NCBI GenBank assembly: GCA_963714015.1
Contig: OY970223.1
Span: forward strand, 1,632,001-1,696,000
Source of the DNA: Vulcanimicrobiota bacterium
Lineage (GTDB): Bacteria > Vulcanimicrobiota > Vulcanimicrobiia > Vulcanimicrobiales > Vulcanimicrobiaceae
Length of the DNA: 64,000 nt
Direction of reading: 5' to 3'
Positions within the stretch are counted from its first letter, which is position 1, and the number at the start of each line of letters is the position of its first letter. Positions 1 to 10,040 of the stretch are shown piece by piece. The translations under genes and the position numbers were made by a program. The notes under the pieces were generated by a model. The model worked only from the letters and a program-made list of their open reading frames with translations, had not been told where the DNA came from and ran no database searches.

Positions 1-967
1 GCCTGCGGATGCGAGCGTGATCGAAAGCTGGCTCACGGAGATCAAGGGCGTGCGCGTGCGCATGCTCGTGCCGCAGCGCGGCGATCGCGCCGAATATATG
101 CGCCTGGTGCAGAAGAACGCCGAGCAGAATCTCAAGGCATTTTTGGCGCATCAAGAAGTGCAAGAGACGGCGCAGGCGCGCTCGCTTACCGAATTGGCCG
201 ACGCCCTGGAGCTTCCCGAACCGCCGCACCGCGTCGAATGTTACGACATTTCGAATATTCAGGGCAGCAATCCGGTCAGCTCGATGGTCGTCTTCGTCGA
301 AGGTCGTGCAAAGAAGAGCGATTACCGCAAATTCAAGATTCAGTACGACAAGGGCCCGAACGACTTTGCGATGATGCAGGAAACGCTGCGCCGGCGCCTT
401 CGCTATTTGCGCGCGCGAACGGATGAAGACGTAGCGGCTTCTCATCCTGAACCTGCCCAAGGGCAGCCGGCGCTGCCGACGCCGGTTGAAGAAGACAAGC
501 TGCAGCGCGAACTGGCAAAGAAAGAGAAGTTCAACAAGAAACCCGATTTGCTGCTCATCGACGGCGGCAAGGGCCAGCTCAACGCGGTCGTCGAGGTGCT
601 CGAGGAACTCGATATGACCGGCATTCCGGTTGCGGGTCTGGCCAAGGAGCACGAGTGGCTCTATATGCCCGGACAGTCCGAGCCCATCGTGCTGCCGCCC
701 AACTCGGCAGCCCTGCATCTGGTAATGCGCATTCGGGATGAAGCGCACCGCTTCGCCGTGACCTATCACCGCCAGCGCCGCGCGAAAGCGATGACGCACT
801 CGGCCCTCGACGCATTGGCAGGCGTCGGGCCGGTCCGAAAGAAGCGCTTGCTTACCGCCTTCGGCTCACTCGCGGCGATTCGGCGTGCGACGCTGGACGA
901 ACTGGCTGCGGTGAAGGGCATGACGCCTTCGCTTGCGGCTCAAATCAAGGCGGCATTGGAGGAATGA
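1..967 (+). CDS. uvrC: Excinuclease ABC subunit C (5'-truncated by window)
   Basis: ECYDISN, DFAMMQE, PDLLLIDGGKGQL, RDEAHRFA motifs and C-terminal HhH. Confidence 0.97.
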   Translation, partial: PADASVIESWLTEIKGVRVRMLVPQRGDRAEYMRLVQKNAEQNLKAFLAHQEVQETAQARSLTELADALELPEPPHRVECYDISNIQGSNPVSSMVVFVEGRAKKSDYRKFKIQYDKGPNDFAMMQETLRRRLRYLRARTDEDVAASHPEPAQGQPALPTPVEEDKLQRELAKKEKFNKKPDLLLIDGGKGQLNAVVEVLEELDMTGIPVAGLAKEHEWLYMPGQSEPIVLPPNSAALHLVMRIRDEAHRFAVTYHRQRRAKAMTHSALDALAGVGPVRKKRLLTAFGSLAAIRRATLDELAAVKGMTPSLAAQIKAALEE

Positions 968-968
968 A

Positions 969-1340
969 CTGAACCTGCTTTTGCGGCTGCTGATCAATGC
1001 GCTGGCTTTCTATGCGATTGCGCGGTTCGTGCCGGGATTCCACGTCTCGAGTTTCACGTCGGCGATCGTCGCCGCCGTAATCTTCGGCATCGTCAACGCC
1101 ATTGTGCGGCCGCTCGTCCTGCTCGTTACGCTGCCCCTCACGATAGTGACTTTAGGTATTTTTGTGCTAATCGTTAACGCCTTGATGATTTGGCTTACCG
1201 CAATTCTGGCGCCCGGCGTGCATATCGACAGTTTCGAAGCCGCTTTTGCCGGCGGCCTTATCATGTTGATTGTTTCACTGCTTACATCGCATCTTTTCAA
1301 AAGCGAAACGCGCAGCCCGCAAACAACAACCTCGCTTTAG
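969..1340 (+). CDS. 4-TM phage-holin-like (YvlD-type) membrane protein, probable CTG start
   Basis: NAIVRPLV..LTLPLTIVTLG motif; GGAGGA SD precedes in-frame CTG at 969. Confidence 0.85.
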   Translation: MNLLLRLLINALAFYAIARFVPGFHVSSFTSAIVAAVIFGIVNAIVRPLVLLVTLPLTIVTLGIFVLIVNALMIWLTAILAPGVHIDSFEAAFAGGLIMLIVSLLTSHLFKSETRSPQTTTSL

Positions 1341-1625
1341 ACGCTTCACTTCCTTAACACACGCGCCGAAACATCGCGCAAGCTCGACCTTGCATCGGGC
1401 GATCTGAGCGTGCATATTGCGCCCTACTCCGAGCGCGTTGCCGTGCGTGCGCTCGCATGGCGCTCCATCGAAAACGATGAGCGCTCGCACGAAATAATTG
1501 ATCCGGATCAATTCGGTGTGCGGCAATTGCAAAAACATCCTTTAACGACGTCAACTTCTGGGCAAGTAATATAATGCGCGGGCAAACGGCCTGCGACTAC
1601 TTCTCCAGAAAGGTCATTCACTACA

Positions 1626-2318
1626 ATGAAAACCCCGTCAACCTGGACGCATCCTCCGCTGGAACAGTGGACTCAGGGCGGCCCGGTAGGTTCGGCCATC
1701 GAGAGCGCACGGGTCGAAGAGCTGGAAACAGCGAGCGAAGCGCGCATCGGCGACGCCGGCGCGATGGGACTCTTCGGTTTTTGTGTGGGCACGGTCGTCA
1801 TCGCCTGGGTTCTGTCCGGCTGGGCAGCGATGCCCGCGTCCCTAATTGCGGCAGTTCCATCGCTCCTCGTGTTTGCCGGCATCGGACAGTTCATCGCCGG
1901 CTTGTACGCATTTTCGCGGACCAACTCATGGGCCGGCACCGCGATGTGCTCGTACGGCGCCAACAACGTCATCATCGCAACTTACATCTGGATGCGGGCC
2001 GGCGGATTGATCCCGGCCACGCCCAGCAACAATCTGCTGCTGGCAGTCGATCTGTTCTGCATGGGCTACATTTCGTTGGCTTTAGCGATCGGCGCGATGC
2101 GCCTCAACGTGGCGTATCTGCTCACGACCCTGATGCTGGTTGCGGGTTACACGCTGCCGGGAATCCAATTCCTCGGCGCGCAGCGTGAGCTCGGGATTCT
2201 GGGCGGGTACTTTTTGCTCGCGGCATCGTTCTTCGCGTTTTACGCCGCGACGGCGCACGTCGTCAACAGTTCCTGGAAGCAGGAAGTGCTCCCGCTGTTC
2301 TCATTGCAGCGCGCATAA
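1626..2318 (+). CDS. GPR1/FUN34/YaaH (SatP-like) acetate uptake transporter
   Basis: GAMGLFGF and GIGQFIAG motifs, about 6 hydrophobic helices. Confidence 0.8.
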   Translation: MKTPSTWTHPPLEQWTQGGPVGSAIESARVEELETASEARIGDAGAMGLFGFCVGTVVIAWVLSGWAAMPASLIAAVPSLLVFAGIGQFIAGLYAFSRTNSWAGTAMCSYGANNVIIATYIWMRAGGLIPATPSNNLLLAVDLFCMGYISLALAIGAMRLNVAYLLTTLMLVAGYTLPGIQFLGAQRELGILGGYFLLAASFFAFYAATAHVVNSSWKQEVLPLFSLQRA

Positions 2319-2335
2319 ATCGGTCCGCATCGCCA

Positions 2336-2375
2336 AAGAAGAGCGCAGGCACGCACCTACGCTCTTCTTGTTTTT
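2336..2375. terminator. Probable bidirectional intrinsic terminator
   Basis: AAGAAGAGCG..CGCTCTTCTT hairpin followed by T-tract, between convergent genes. Confidence 0.6.
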
Positions 2376-2382
2376 GGATCGG

Positions 2383-3399
2383 CTAACCGGCTGCGACGAC
2401 TTGCTGCACCACGGCATGAAAGGCATTCTGTAGTGACGTTCGGCCTTCCACGTACGGCACCAGGCTCTTCTGAAACGCTGCGAAGTAGCGCGGATATGCC
2501 TGCGTGAATACGCCGTTCGCTACGAACGCCGGAACATAACCGCCCGCCTGTGCCGGAGACAGCAGCCGCTGCAGAACCACCCCGGGCAAAAACATGATCG
2601 CCGCATGCCAAAGATCGGCAGGCTCGGGACGATCGAGCGATTTGCAGGCGTCCGCAATCGCAGTGCCGATAGGCCCCTCGTCCGGCGCGACGATTGAATG
2701 CGATGCTTCGTGCGACATGATTTCAAAACCATGCAGGCCCGCGTCGTCGCGATCGAAGCTCGACATGACGATGTGCCAATACAGATCGCCCTTTCCCGCA
2801 ATGCTGTAGGCGCCGTCGCGGTCGGTATTCGAAACCACGTCCACTCGGTACGGGACGTCCAGCCAAGATCGCTGATAGAGTCGCGAAAGGGTCCCAAAAA
2901 GCGCGGGACCGTAGGCCGAAAGCGCAGTTTTCCATTGACCGATACACTGCCCGTTGAGCGCGTCGTGAATCGGCCACAGCGCTTTTCGATAGATCGGAGA
3001 TACGTCGTCCAGCACAAGCTTCAGCCTCACGGGCGGTACGCCGGCGGCCAGCGCATTTTCCACGGTATTGAGCGCATCGTCAAAGACCAAACTGCGTCCG
3101 CCATACTCGTCTTGGTAAAAGCGCAGAGCGCGATACCACTGGGCTTGGTCCTCCGTCGGAATGTAGTGAGTCATTTGCTGGTACACGCGCTTTGGAAGAC
3201 CGGGAAGCGAGTCCGGACCCGCGCTGTACAGCAACTGCAGCACTCCGGCTTGATAGTAGAGGGTGTGGTGGAGATTCACCAAAAAGTCGCTGCGAAATTC
3301 AAAGGTCGGCATCGCGGCTGAAGCGCGTCCGGTGGACGGACCGATCGCGGCCAGTCCCGATGTTGCGGCAGCGGCTGCAATAAAACGACGGCGGTTCAT
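2383..3399 (-). CDS. Tat-exported hypothetical protein with HExxH motif
   Basis: MNRRRFI twin-arginine signal; HEASH motif. Confidence 0.7.
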   Translation of the reverse strand: MNRRRFIAAAAATSGLAAIGPSTGRASAAMPTFEFRSDFLVNLHHTLYYQAGVLQLLYSAGPDSLPGLPKRVYQQMTHYIPTEDQAQWYRALRFYQDEYGGRSLVFDDALNTVENALAAGVPPVRLKLVLDDVSPIYRKALWPIHDALNGQCIGQWKTALSAYGPALFGTLSRLYQRSWLDVPYRVDVVSNTDRDGAYSIAGKGDLYWHIVMSSFDRDDAGLHGFEIMSHEASHSIVAPDEGPIGTAIADACKSLDRPEPADLWHAAIMFLPGVVLQRLLSPAQAGGYVPAFVANGVFTQAYPRYFAAFQKSLVPYVEGRTSLQNAFHAVVQQVVAAG

Positions 3400-3539
3400 A
3401 GTGGCTCTTTATTACGGCGGCGAGTCCGGCGGCTACTTGGCCCGTCCCTGCCCCCCAGAAAAGGGAGGGCGGTTTTCCGACATACCAGGCGCGAGGGCAG
3501 CCTGGTACGCTCGTGCCGTCGCCTTTTTGGGAGAATGCT

Positions 3540-4877
3540 ATGGCACTTCATATTCGGTTAAGAGCATCGCATATTGCAGCGTTGGCTTTTTCACTTTTGG
3601 CGGGCTGCGCCGGCTCAGGCTCCGTTTCGCCGCCGGTTCCCGCTTCAGTCCGGTTCACCGCTCAGGCCGCTCGAACGCAGAACGTTGCGACGGCTCGTAC
3701 CGTTGAAAGCATTGACGCGAGCAGTACGCCGGCGTGGCTGCAGCCGTATTACAACGGCGCGCACAGCGGATTTAATCCGCTTGAAAAAACGCTGAAGCGC
3801 AGCAACGTAGCGACCTTGACTCAGCTCTGGTCGTTCGGGACCGGCGGGCAGCTGACCAACCCCATCCTGATTCGCGACAACGTTGCCTACGTCAATTCCG
3901 GCATGGGATACCTGTATGCCCTTAACGTAAGCAGCGGTACGCAAATCTGGCAATACGAAACGTACGAAGGGTCGAGCCCGCAAAACGCTCCCGTTATTGC
4001 GAACGGCCGCATCATCTTGCCGTGCCTGCCCGGCGGGAACACGCAAAAGAATGCGATGTGCGGGATCGATCTTTCAACCGGCAAACGCGTTTGGAGCTTC
4101 TACGTCGACTGCAATTGCCTGCCTTCCGCCGGAGTGAGTAACGGCGCAGTCGCTTCAGGCAACACCGTAGTGTTCGATTACGCGAACGGAAGCACGAGCA
4201 GCTCGTACGTGATTGCCCTCGATGCTCAAAACGGTAAAGTGTTGTGGACCGGCGTTACGCTTCCTCATGGACCGAATTTCTGGAGTTCTGCAATCGCCGG
4301 CGGCCAAGTATTCTATAGTACAGGCAGCGGAATATGTGCGGCCGGCGTTTCCACCGGGGTGCAGACGTGGTGCGCCAACACGGGCAGCGAGCCGTCGATC
4401 GCCGCGGCGGGCGGTGTGGTCTACGTTAATACGACCGGCAACGGTGTGTACGCGTTCAGCGCGAGTAACGGTTCGCAAATCTGGCAAATGACGCCGAACG
4501 CCGGAAACTATAGCGGGCAGTACGATCCGCCCGCAATCGCAGACGGTGTCGTGTATGTGGCAGGCGCGGGCTGCTGCTCATCCGAGCTCTACGGAATAAA
4601 CGCTTCAACCGGCGCCCAAATCTTCGACACGGCCGCCTACGGCAGCAACTTCAACACCGACTCGTCACCGTCGGTCGCCAACGGCATCGTGTACGCGTCG
4701 TGTCAGGCGGGGCTGTGCGCGTTCAACGCGACCAACGGCAAGCTGTTGTACAATGCCGGTGGTTCGAGCGGATCGGACTGGGTCTCGCCCTCCATTATTA
4801 ACGGAGCCGTCTACACCAATTGCGGGCCCAATACCGCGTGCGCCTATGGCCTTCCCAGTTCTTTGAAGACTCGCTAG
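3540..4877 (+). CDS. PQQ-like beta-propeller lipoprotein
   Basis: Lipobox LAGC; repeated LYALN..G..W blades. Confidence 0.85.
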   Translation: MALHIRLRASHIAALAFSLLAGCAGSGSVSPPVPASVRFTAQAARTQNVATARTVESIDASSTPAWLQPYYNGAHSGFNPLEKTLKRSNVATLTQLWSFGTGGQLTNPILIRDNVAYVNSGMGYLYALNVSSGTQIWQYETYEGSSPQNAPVIANGRIILPCLPGGNTQKNAMCGIDLSTGKRVWSFYVDCNCLPSAGVSNGAVASGNTVVFDYANGSTSSSYVIALDAQNGKVLWTGVTLPHGPNFWSSAIAGGQVFYSTGSGICAAGVSTGVQTWCANTGSEPSIAAAGGVVYVNTTGNGVYAFSASNGSQIWQMTPNAGNYSGQYDPPAIADGVVYVAGAGCCSSELYGINASTGAQIFDTAAYGSNFNTDSSPSVANGIVYASCQAGLCAFNATNGKLLYNAGGSSGSDWVSPSIINGAVYTNCGPNTACAYGLPSSLKTR

Positions 4878-4936
4878 TTGGAATTCCGGACGAGCGATCT
4901 TTTTGGTGCAATTACCTCGCCGTTACATTCCCGGCG

Positions 4937-4968
4937 AAAAAGGGTGCGGCGATCCCGCACCCTGATTG
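4937..4968. terminator. Intrinsic terminator hairpin
   Basis: AGGGTGCGG-cgatc-CCGCACCCT with flanking A-tract, between convergent genes. Confidence 0.6.
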
Positions 4969-4989
4969 CCCCATCATGAAGCTTTTGGT

Positions 4990-5484
4990 CTAGTGCGTTG
5001 CCACCATCGGCGTGGCGTTGTAGTTTCCGAACTCGACGGCGATGTTGTGGCCTTGCGTCTGAACGTTCGCCGTAATCGGAAGATTGCGCGACGGATCGAT
5101 CCAGATCGTTTCATTATAGGTGGCGTCGGGCGAGGCGATTTTGTAGCCGATTACGCGGATTCCGTCTATCGTCTTTTTGCCCGCGGGCGTTACTTCATAC
5201 GTTCCCGTCGAAGCTACACCGTCTGCCGGCTGCGTTGCGATGTGAACGATCAGCCCCGGATCTTGTCCGCCGGTCTCTGCGACGCGGTACTGACCGCTCG
5301 GCATGACGTCGACCGTCGCGATCGCGCCGTTTTCAAAATGTTCTACGACTTCGACACTCTGCAGGCCGTTATACGTCGCGACCATGTTCTGGACGGCACT
5401 CAAGTCGGCCGGATTGGTGGCTGCGTTGGCAGCAAGGGGAGCGGCGAGGCCCAGGGCTAGGCTGGCTGCTAATACTCCGCGCAT
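4990..5484 (-). CDS. Secreted hypothetical protein
   Basis: Signal peptide, GGAGG SD. Confidence 0.7.
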   Translation of the reverse strand: MRGVLAASLALGLAAPLAANAATNPADLSAVQNMVATYNGLQSVEVVEHFENGAIATVDVMPSGQYRVAETGGQDPGLIVHIATQPADGVASTGTYEVTPAGKKTIDGIRVIGYKIASPDATYNETIWIDPSRNLPITANVQTQGHNIAVEFGNYNATPMVATH

Positions 5485-5609
5485 GGGGACCTCCAAATGA
5501 GTGGGACCTGAGTATACCCACCCGCTCTTAAACGCATCTGGGACCTTTGAGCCCGTGTTATACTCAATGCGCCCAGCGGCGGGAGTCGTATCCGCCAGGG
5601 CAGGGTCGC

Positions 5610-5964
5610 GGGGCTGAAATAGGTTCGACGGGAAGGTCCGCGGTCAACATAAGCAGGCGGAGTTGCGAGCACTCCTAAAACGATCGCAAGCGTTATACAC
5701 GCGAACACTGAATACGCACTGGCTGCTTAATCTAAGTTAGCCACCGGACGCGAGGGGTCGGCCCGAACCGCCTTGCTTTCCGGTCAATAACTCGGGCTGG
5801 CGCGCGCGACGACTCTAAGCGCGCGCAAGACAAAGAGTCTGCTGCGATCGGTAAGCCCGGCTTCGGGGCGTCCGATCGAGTAAGCTGAAATTCGAAGCTG
5901 AGCCTGGAGAAAGTGTTGGTCCGCCTTTTCGGACTCGGGGGGCAGTACCCCGACAGCTCCACCA
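5610..5964 (+). ncRNA. ssrA: tmRNA (one-piece); tag reading frame ANTEYALAA* at 5701-5730
   Basis: 5' GGGGCTG..GGTTCGAC pairs with 3' CAGCTCC-ACCA (G3-U wobble); tag ends YALAA-TAA; TATACT -10 upstream near 5559. Confidence 0.96.
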
Positions 5965-6146
5965 ATTCCATGCTCTATTCCAATGAATCCGTTCTGCGCA
6001 CAATGAACGTCGAATCATTGGGATAGAGTTTTTCATTGTGCGTCGTTTTTACGAGATTGCCATCGTCAACGCGAGCAAGACGGCTTTCATGTATTTTCGA
6101 AGAGCCATCAGAGATCGCGAATAAATTCTGCAATACGGGGGGCCTG

Positions 6147-6518
6147 ATGCTGGACCATATCTCGATCGGGGTCTCTGGCCTTGAACGCTCAACTCACTTC
6201 TACGATGCCGTGCTGGCACCGCTCGGCTATGTTCGAGTCTTTGAAAGCAGTCACGCGTCGGGATACGCGCCACCAGAAGCGCGGGACGAGCCGTTTGCCA
6301 TAAGGCGCGACACCGGCTTTGAGCCGCCGAAGGGAACGCATATCGCGTTCGCTGCCACCAGCCGTGATGCTGTTGCCCATTTCCACGAGGCCGCCATCCG
6401 TCTCGGCGCGACCTCGGACGGCGAGCCCGGTCTGCACCCGGAGTACGGCAATGGGTACTTCGCAGCGTTCGTGCTCGACCCAGATGGGTATCGGCTAGAG
6501 GCCGTGCTCCATGAATAA
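6147..6518 (+). CDS. VOC/glyoxalase family protein
   Basis: MLDHISIGV..HIAF..YFAAFVLDPDGYRLEAV. Confidence 0.9.
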   Translation: MLDHISIGVSGLERSTHFYDAVLAPLGYVRVFESSHASGYAPPEARDEPFAIRRDTGFEPPKGTHIAFAATSRDAVAHFHEAAIRLGATSDGEPGLHPEYGNGYFAAFVLDPDGYRLEAVLHE

Positions 6519-6557
6519 CCGTCGACGGATCTCTTCAAGTGGGAGCACCCGCTTCAG

Positions 6558-6887
6558 ATGAGCAGATTGATTCGATGCAAAATCGCAGGCGTGCTAGGCG
6601 CGCTCCTCATGTGTATCGGCTGCCAGAATTCGGCGCACCGCGCCCCTTATCCGAAGTGGTATCTGGCGGAGATTCGCGAGCACGGAGGTTGCGGGCTTTG
6701 GCTGCACCTGCGGACGCCCGACGGCGTGATCATGAAGGTGCCCCCGCCGACGACGCTGCTGGAAATGGCTTTGGGAGCATCACAGGGACGGGCACACCGG
6801 TCCGTATCCGTCGGAAGCGCAGCCGTGAGCGCAACGCAACGCCGACATCATAGAGAATTTAGACATGTGTTAAGATCGATGGCATGA
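6558..6887 (+). CDS. Hypothetical lipoprotein (possibly degraded)
   Basis: Signal peptide with CIGC lipobox-like end. Confidence 0.4.
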   Translation: MSRLIRCKIAGVLGALLMCIGCQNSAHRAPYPKWYLAEIREHGGCGLWLHLRTPDGVIMKVPPPTTLLEMALGASQGRAHRSVSVGSAAVSATQRRHHREFRHVLRSMA

Positions 6888-7444
6888 GAGAAAACGAGTC
6901 GAGCGCCCGGCCAATTGCGCAGAGGTATGTCTACGTCCCGCTCAGCCTCGCGACTTCGACCAACTGCTGTCGCTCTTTGAAGTTGTCGCGGCGGAACGCC
7001 AATGGATTGGAACCGAACCTGGCTTCGATAAAACAAAGCATCGATCCACATGGCAAGATGTCGTGGAAGGAAAGGGCGGAGCACTTCGTTGCCTGCGCCG
7101 GGAGCGAAGTTTGCGGATCGCTGAGCCTATATCCTGATCCCGACGGTAATTACGACCTCGGAATGCTCGTCAGCCCAGACCGGCGCGGCGAAGGCATCGG
7201 CACCGCATTGCTCCGTGAGGCGTTCGCGTGGGCACAAAGCCATGGCGTTCCGAAAATCGTCCTCGGAGTGTTCCCCCACAACACGGCTGCAATGAGTCTA
7301 TACAAGAAGACCGGGTTTATCACGGTCCGCCATTTGACGCTGCCGAAAGCTCGACAGAACGGAGAGATCTGGGATGTGATTGTTATGGAGAAATACATCA
7401 GGCAGTTGGAAGCCGCCGCCGTTCGGCAATCGGGATCTCGCTAA
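6884..7444 (+). CDS. GNAT acetyltransferase (start uncertain)
   Basis: VSPDRRGEGIGTALL and NTAAMSLYKKTGF. Confidence 0.8.
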   Translation: MRENESSARPIAQRYVYVPLSLATSTNCCRSLKLSRRNANGLEPNLASIKQSIDPHGKMSWKERAEHFVACAGSEVCGSLSLYPDPDGNYDLGMLVSPDRRGEGIGTALLREAFAWAQSHGVPKIVLGVFPHNTAAMSLYKKTGFITVRHLTLPKARQNGEIWDVIVMEKYIRQLEAAAVRQSGSR

Positions 7445-8292
7445 ATGATGGGACGGGGTAATTCGCGCAATGGTACCCGCTCACTTCGCTCTCCACGCGA
7501 TATTTGGCTCAAGTATGATCCCATGGAGCGGAGGCTGACGCGGCCATTGACCGATCGCATTCTGGATCTCGCAGCGCTTACTCCGGGCATGCAGGTACTC
7601 GATATCGGAACCGGCCGTGGCGAACCAGCAATACCAGCCGCGCGGCGTGTCGCCCCAACGGGGAGCGTTTTTGGCGTGGACGTGTCGCGAGACATGTTGG
7701 AGATGGCTCGCGAACGCGCACATGACGAGGGCATTACAAATCTTATACTAGAGGCCCAATCCGCAGAATTGCTAGACGGCATGCCTGTCGCCATTTCGAC
7801 GTTGTACTTGCGCGATGGAGCCTCATGTATTTCGACTCTCCATGCGCCGCGCTAACGGCGGCCGCAAGGGTGCTGAAACCCGGTGACGCAATGGTCGCGG
7901 CGCTGTGGGCGGAGCCGGAGCGTGTCGAATACTTTACCTTGCCGAGACGGCTGCTCTCCAAGTACACTTCATTGCCACGTGTCGACCTTGGGATGCCTGG
8001 CCCTTTCAAATATGCACATCTAGAGCGAATCCAGCGAGATTTCGCCTATGCCGGCCTGAACGTGGATCACGTTGAGGAACAGAACGCGACCGTGGTGGAA
8101 GCGCAAGACGCCCAGGAATTGGCTGAGTGGGTGAGAGATTTTGGTTTAGAGCGCATTCTATGTAGATTACCAATAGAAGTTCAGGCAGCGTGGGAAGACG
8201 ATCTCGCACAAGAAGTGACAGCGTTGATTGGAAATGGAACACTTCGGCTCGGTGGCACAACGAGGATCGTTGTTGCGAGAAAGGCCTCTTAA
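7445..8292 (+). CDS. Class I SAM-dependent methyltransferase, frameshifted near 7790
   Basis: VLDIGTGRG motif I in ORF 7445; ARVLKPG in ORF 7825. Confidence 0.8.
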
Positions 8293-8297
8293 GATAG

Positions 8298-8735
8298 ATG
8301 CAACACCTGGCGCGAGCGGTTCTGTTTCTCCTGTGCGGGATGTCGTTAACCTCATGCGAGGGAACATGGGGCGCACCAAACGACATTACTATGTCGCCTG
8401 TTGGCCGCCACGGAATGTCCGGCCTCGGTAGCGCGACCTTGGCGGTCGAGAGGCTGCATTCGCATAGCGACGTCGGAAGTGACCTTACGATCCAGTTTCC
8501 TACAATGCACGACCCGAAACAATACGTCGTCACTCTTGCACGCGGTTCGTGCGAAAAGGGAGCACGAAGCGGTCTAAGAGATCGTTTCGTTTTGGTGAAA
8601 CTCGATAACCCCACCGAGGGCAGCGAGGGAGGCGATCACGTCGATATTCCGATTCACCATCTGATGAAGGACGGTTATTACATATTTCTCGTGGACGCGC
8701 ATTCTAAGGAAGTCGTGTCGTGTGGGGATCCGTAA
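8298..8735 (+). CDS. Lipoprotein with SOD/CHRD-like residue pattern
   Basis: LTSC lipobox; G.ATL..GSC..VVSCGD pattern. Confidence 0.55.
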   Translation: MQHLARAVLFLLCGMSLTSCEGTWGAPNDITMSPVGRHGMSGLGSATLAVERLHSHSDVGSDLTIQFPTMHDPKQYVVTLARGSCEKGARSGLRDRFVLVKLDNPTEGSEGGDHVDIPIHHLMKDGYYIFLVDAHSKEVVSCGDP

Positions 8736-9364
8736 AGGGCTACGCGGATCGTTGCCGGCGAAGGAACGGCGTGGCCTGATGCACGATCGATTCATCCTGC
8801 TAAAGCGTGAACACGAGTTGACGGCGCAGGAACGGTTCCTGCTGGAGAATTGGACCTCGCTACACCCAAAACTCGGCGAAGCGTACCGTCTCAAGGAAAA
8901 CTTCTTCGCGATCTACGACGCCGCCAACAAGGCCGAGGCACTACGGCGCTATACGGCCTGGGAGTGCGGCATTCCGACTCGGCGAAGGCAGCCTTTCAGC
9001 CGATTACGACCGCGTGGCGAAACTGGCACCGGCAAATTCTGGGGTACTTCGATCATCCGATCACGAATGCGTACACCGAGTCTTTGAACAATCTAATCCG
9101 CGTGATGAATCGGCTCGGGCGGGGGTATTCCTTCGAGGCACTACGGGCGAAGTTCTCTTCACAGAGGGACTGCACAAACACAGCAATAAGCGGCCGAAAT
9201 GGGCTCGGCGGTCGGCGCGCGGCGAAGGTGGAAACGTTCACATGTCCGCCGTTCTGTTATATGACGCTCCGCCCTTTAGCCAAGGCTTTGACGAGGATGA
9301 GCCGCTGAACCTGGGCGTTGATGTTGCAGAGTTGGCGCGGCGGATTGAGGCCGGACGGTTTTGA
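8728..9364 (+). mobile_element. ISL3-family transposase, C-terminal half only, two frameshifts
   Basis: AYRLKE, NWHRQILGYF, ITNAYTESLNNLIR..GRGYSFEALRAK spread over ORFs 8722/8850/9014. Confidence 0.88.
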
Positions 9365-9382
9365 TCCGACTATCGAATAGGG

Positions 9383-9958
9383 TCAGTGTTTCTGCCCTCG
9401 CGGAAACGGTGAATCAACGTCCGAAAAGAAGAACAGCGCTCCATCCTCACAAACGAATTTTGAAGACGGCGAAATTAACGAGGTTCCACCATCAACGAAC
9501 CGGCCACCGCAGGAATATTTGCAGCCCGGAGTCGAGCGGCAGTCTGCCAAATCAATCGATTCGGCACCGTAGTCGGGAGGGACCGCTCCTCGACTCACAA
9601 AGACTGAGAAGGTCGCTCTTGGTCCTAACAGGGCCACTTTCAAGTATCGCCGATATTTGGGCTGCAAGCGGGCCTTGATCTCCGAGAGCCTGCGCCATTG
9701 TTCGCGGGAAAGTCGAGGTAACTGCGATTTGGGAAGATTGACAGACCAGATCGGCATATCTTGTGAAGCCGGATAAGCATTTGACTGCATAAAGGGGCTT
9801 CCCGGGGACGTCGGAGACTCGCTCGCAACATTCGACGTTGCCTCTACTCGGTGCGCAGAGCCAACACTATTGCAAGCGCAGATCGCTACCGCGATAAGTA
9901 GGGGGCCGATTCCCGAAAACCTTCGCAAATACCGCTTGTAGTCGTCCCTGGAAGACAC
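9383..9958 (-). CDS. Hypothetical lipoprotein (start uncertain)
   Basis: LLIAVAICAC lipobox-like stretch; open frame. Confidence 0.55.
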   Translation of the reverse strand: MSSRDDYKRYLRRFSGIGPLLIAVAICACNSVGSAHRVEATSNVASESPTSPGSPFMQSNAYPASQDMPIWSVNLPKSQLPRLSREQWRRLSEIKARLQPKYRRYLKVALLGPRATFSVFVSRGAVPPDYGAESIDLADCRSTPGCKYSCGGRFVDGGTSLISPSSKFVCEDGALFFFSDVDSPFPRGQKH

Positions 9959-10040
9959 CCGCTCGCCATCGCAGCGCGCATTTGCACCTGGGTGGAGGGG
10001 CGAGAGATCGGTTTTTCTGACGGTGCGGCCTCGAGATGCT

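Noticed and set aside
6020..6040. Left ISL3 inverted repeat matching 12091-12113
   Set aside because: Only about 12 of 21 positions match, and the sequence is better explained by the local inverted repeats
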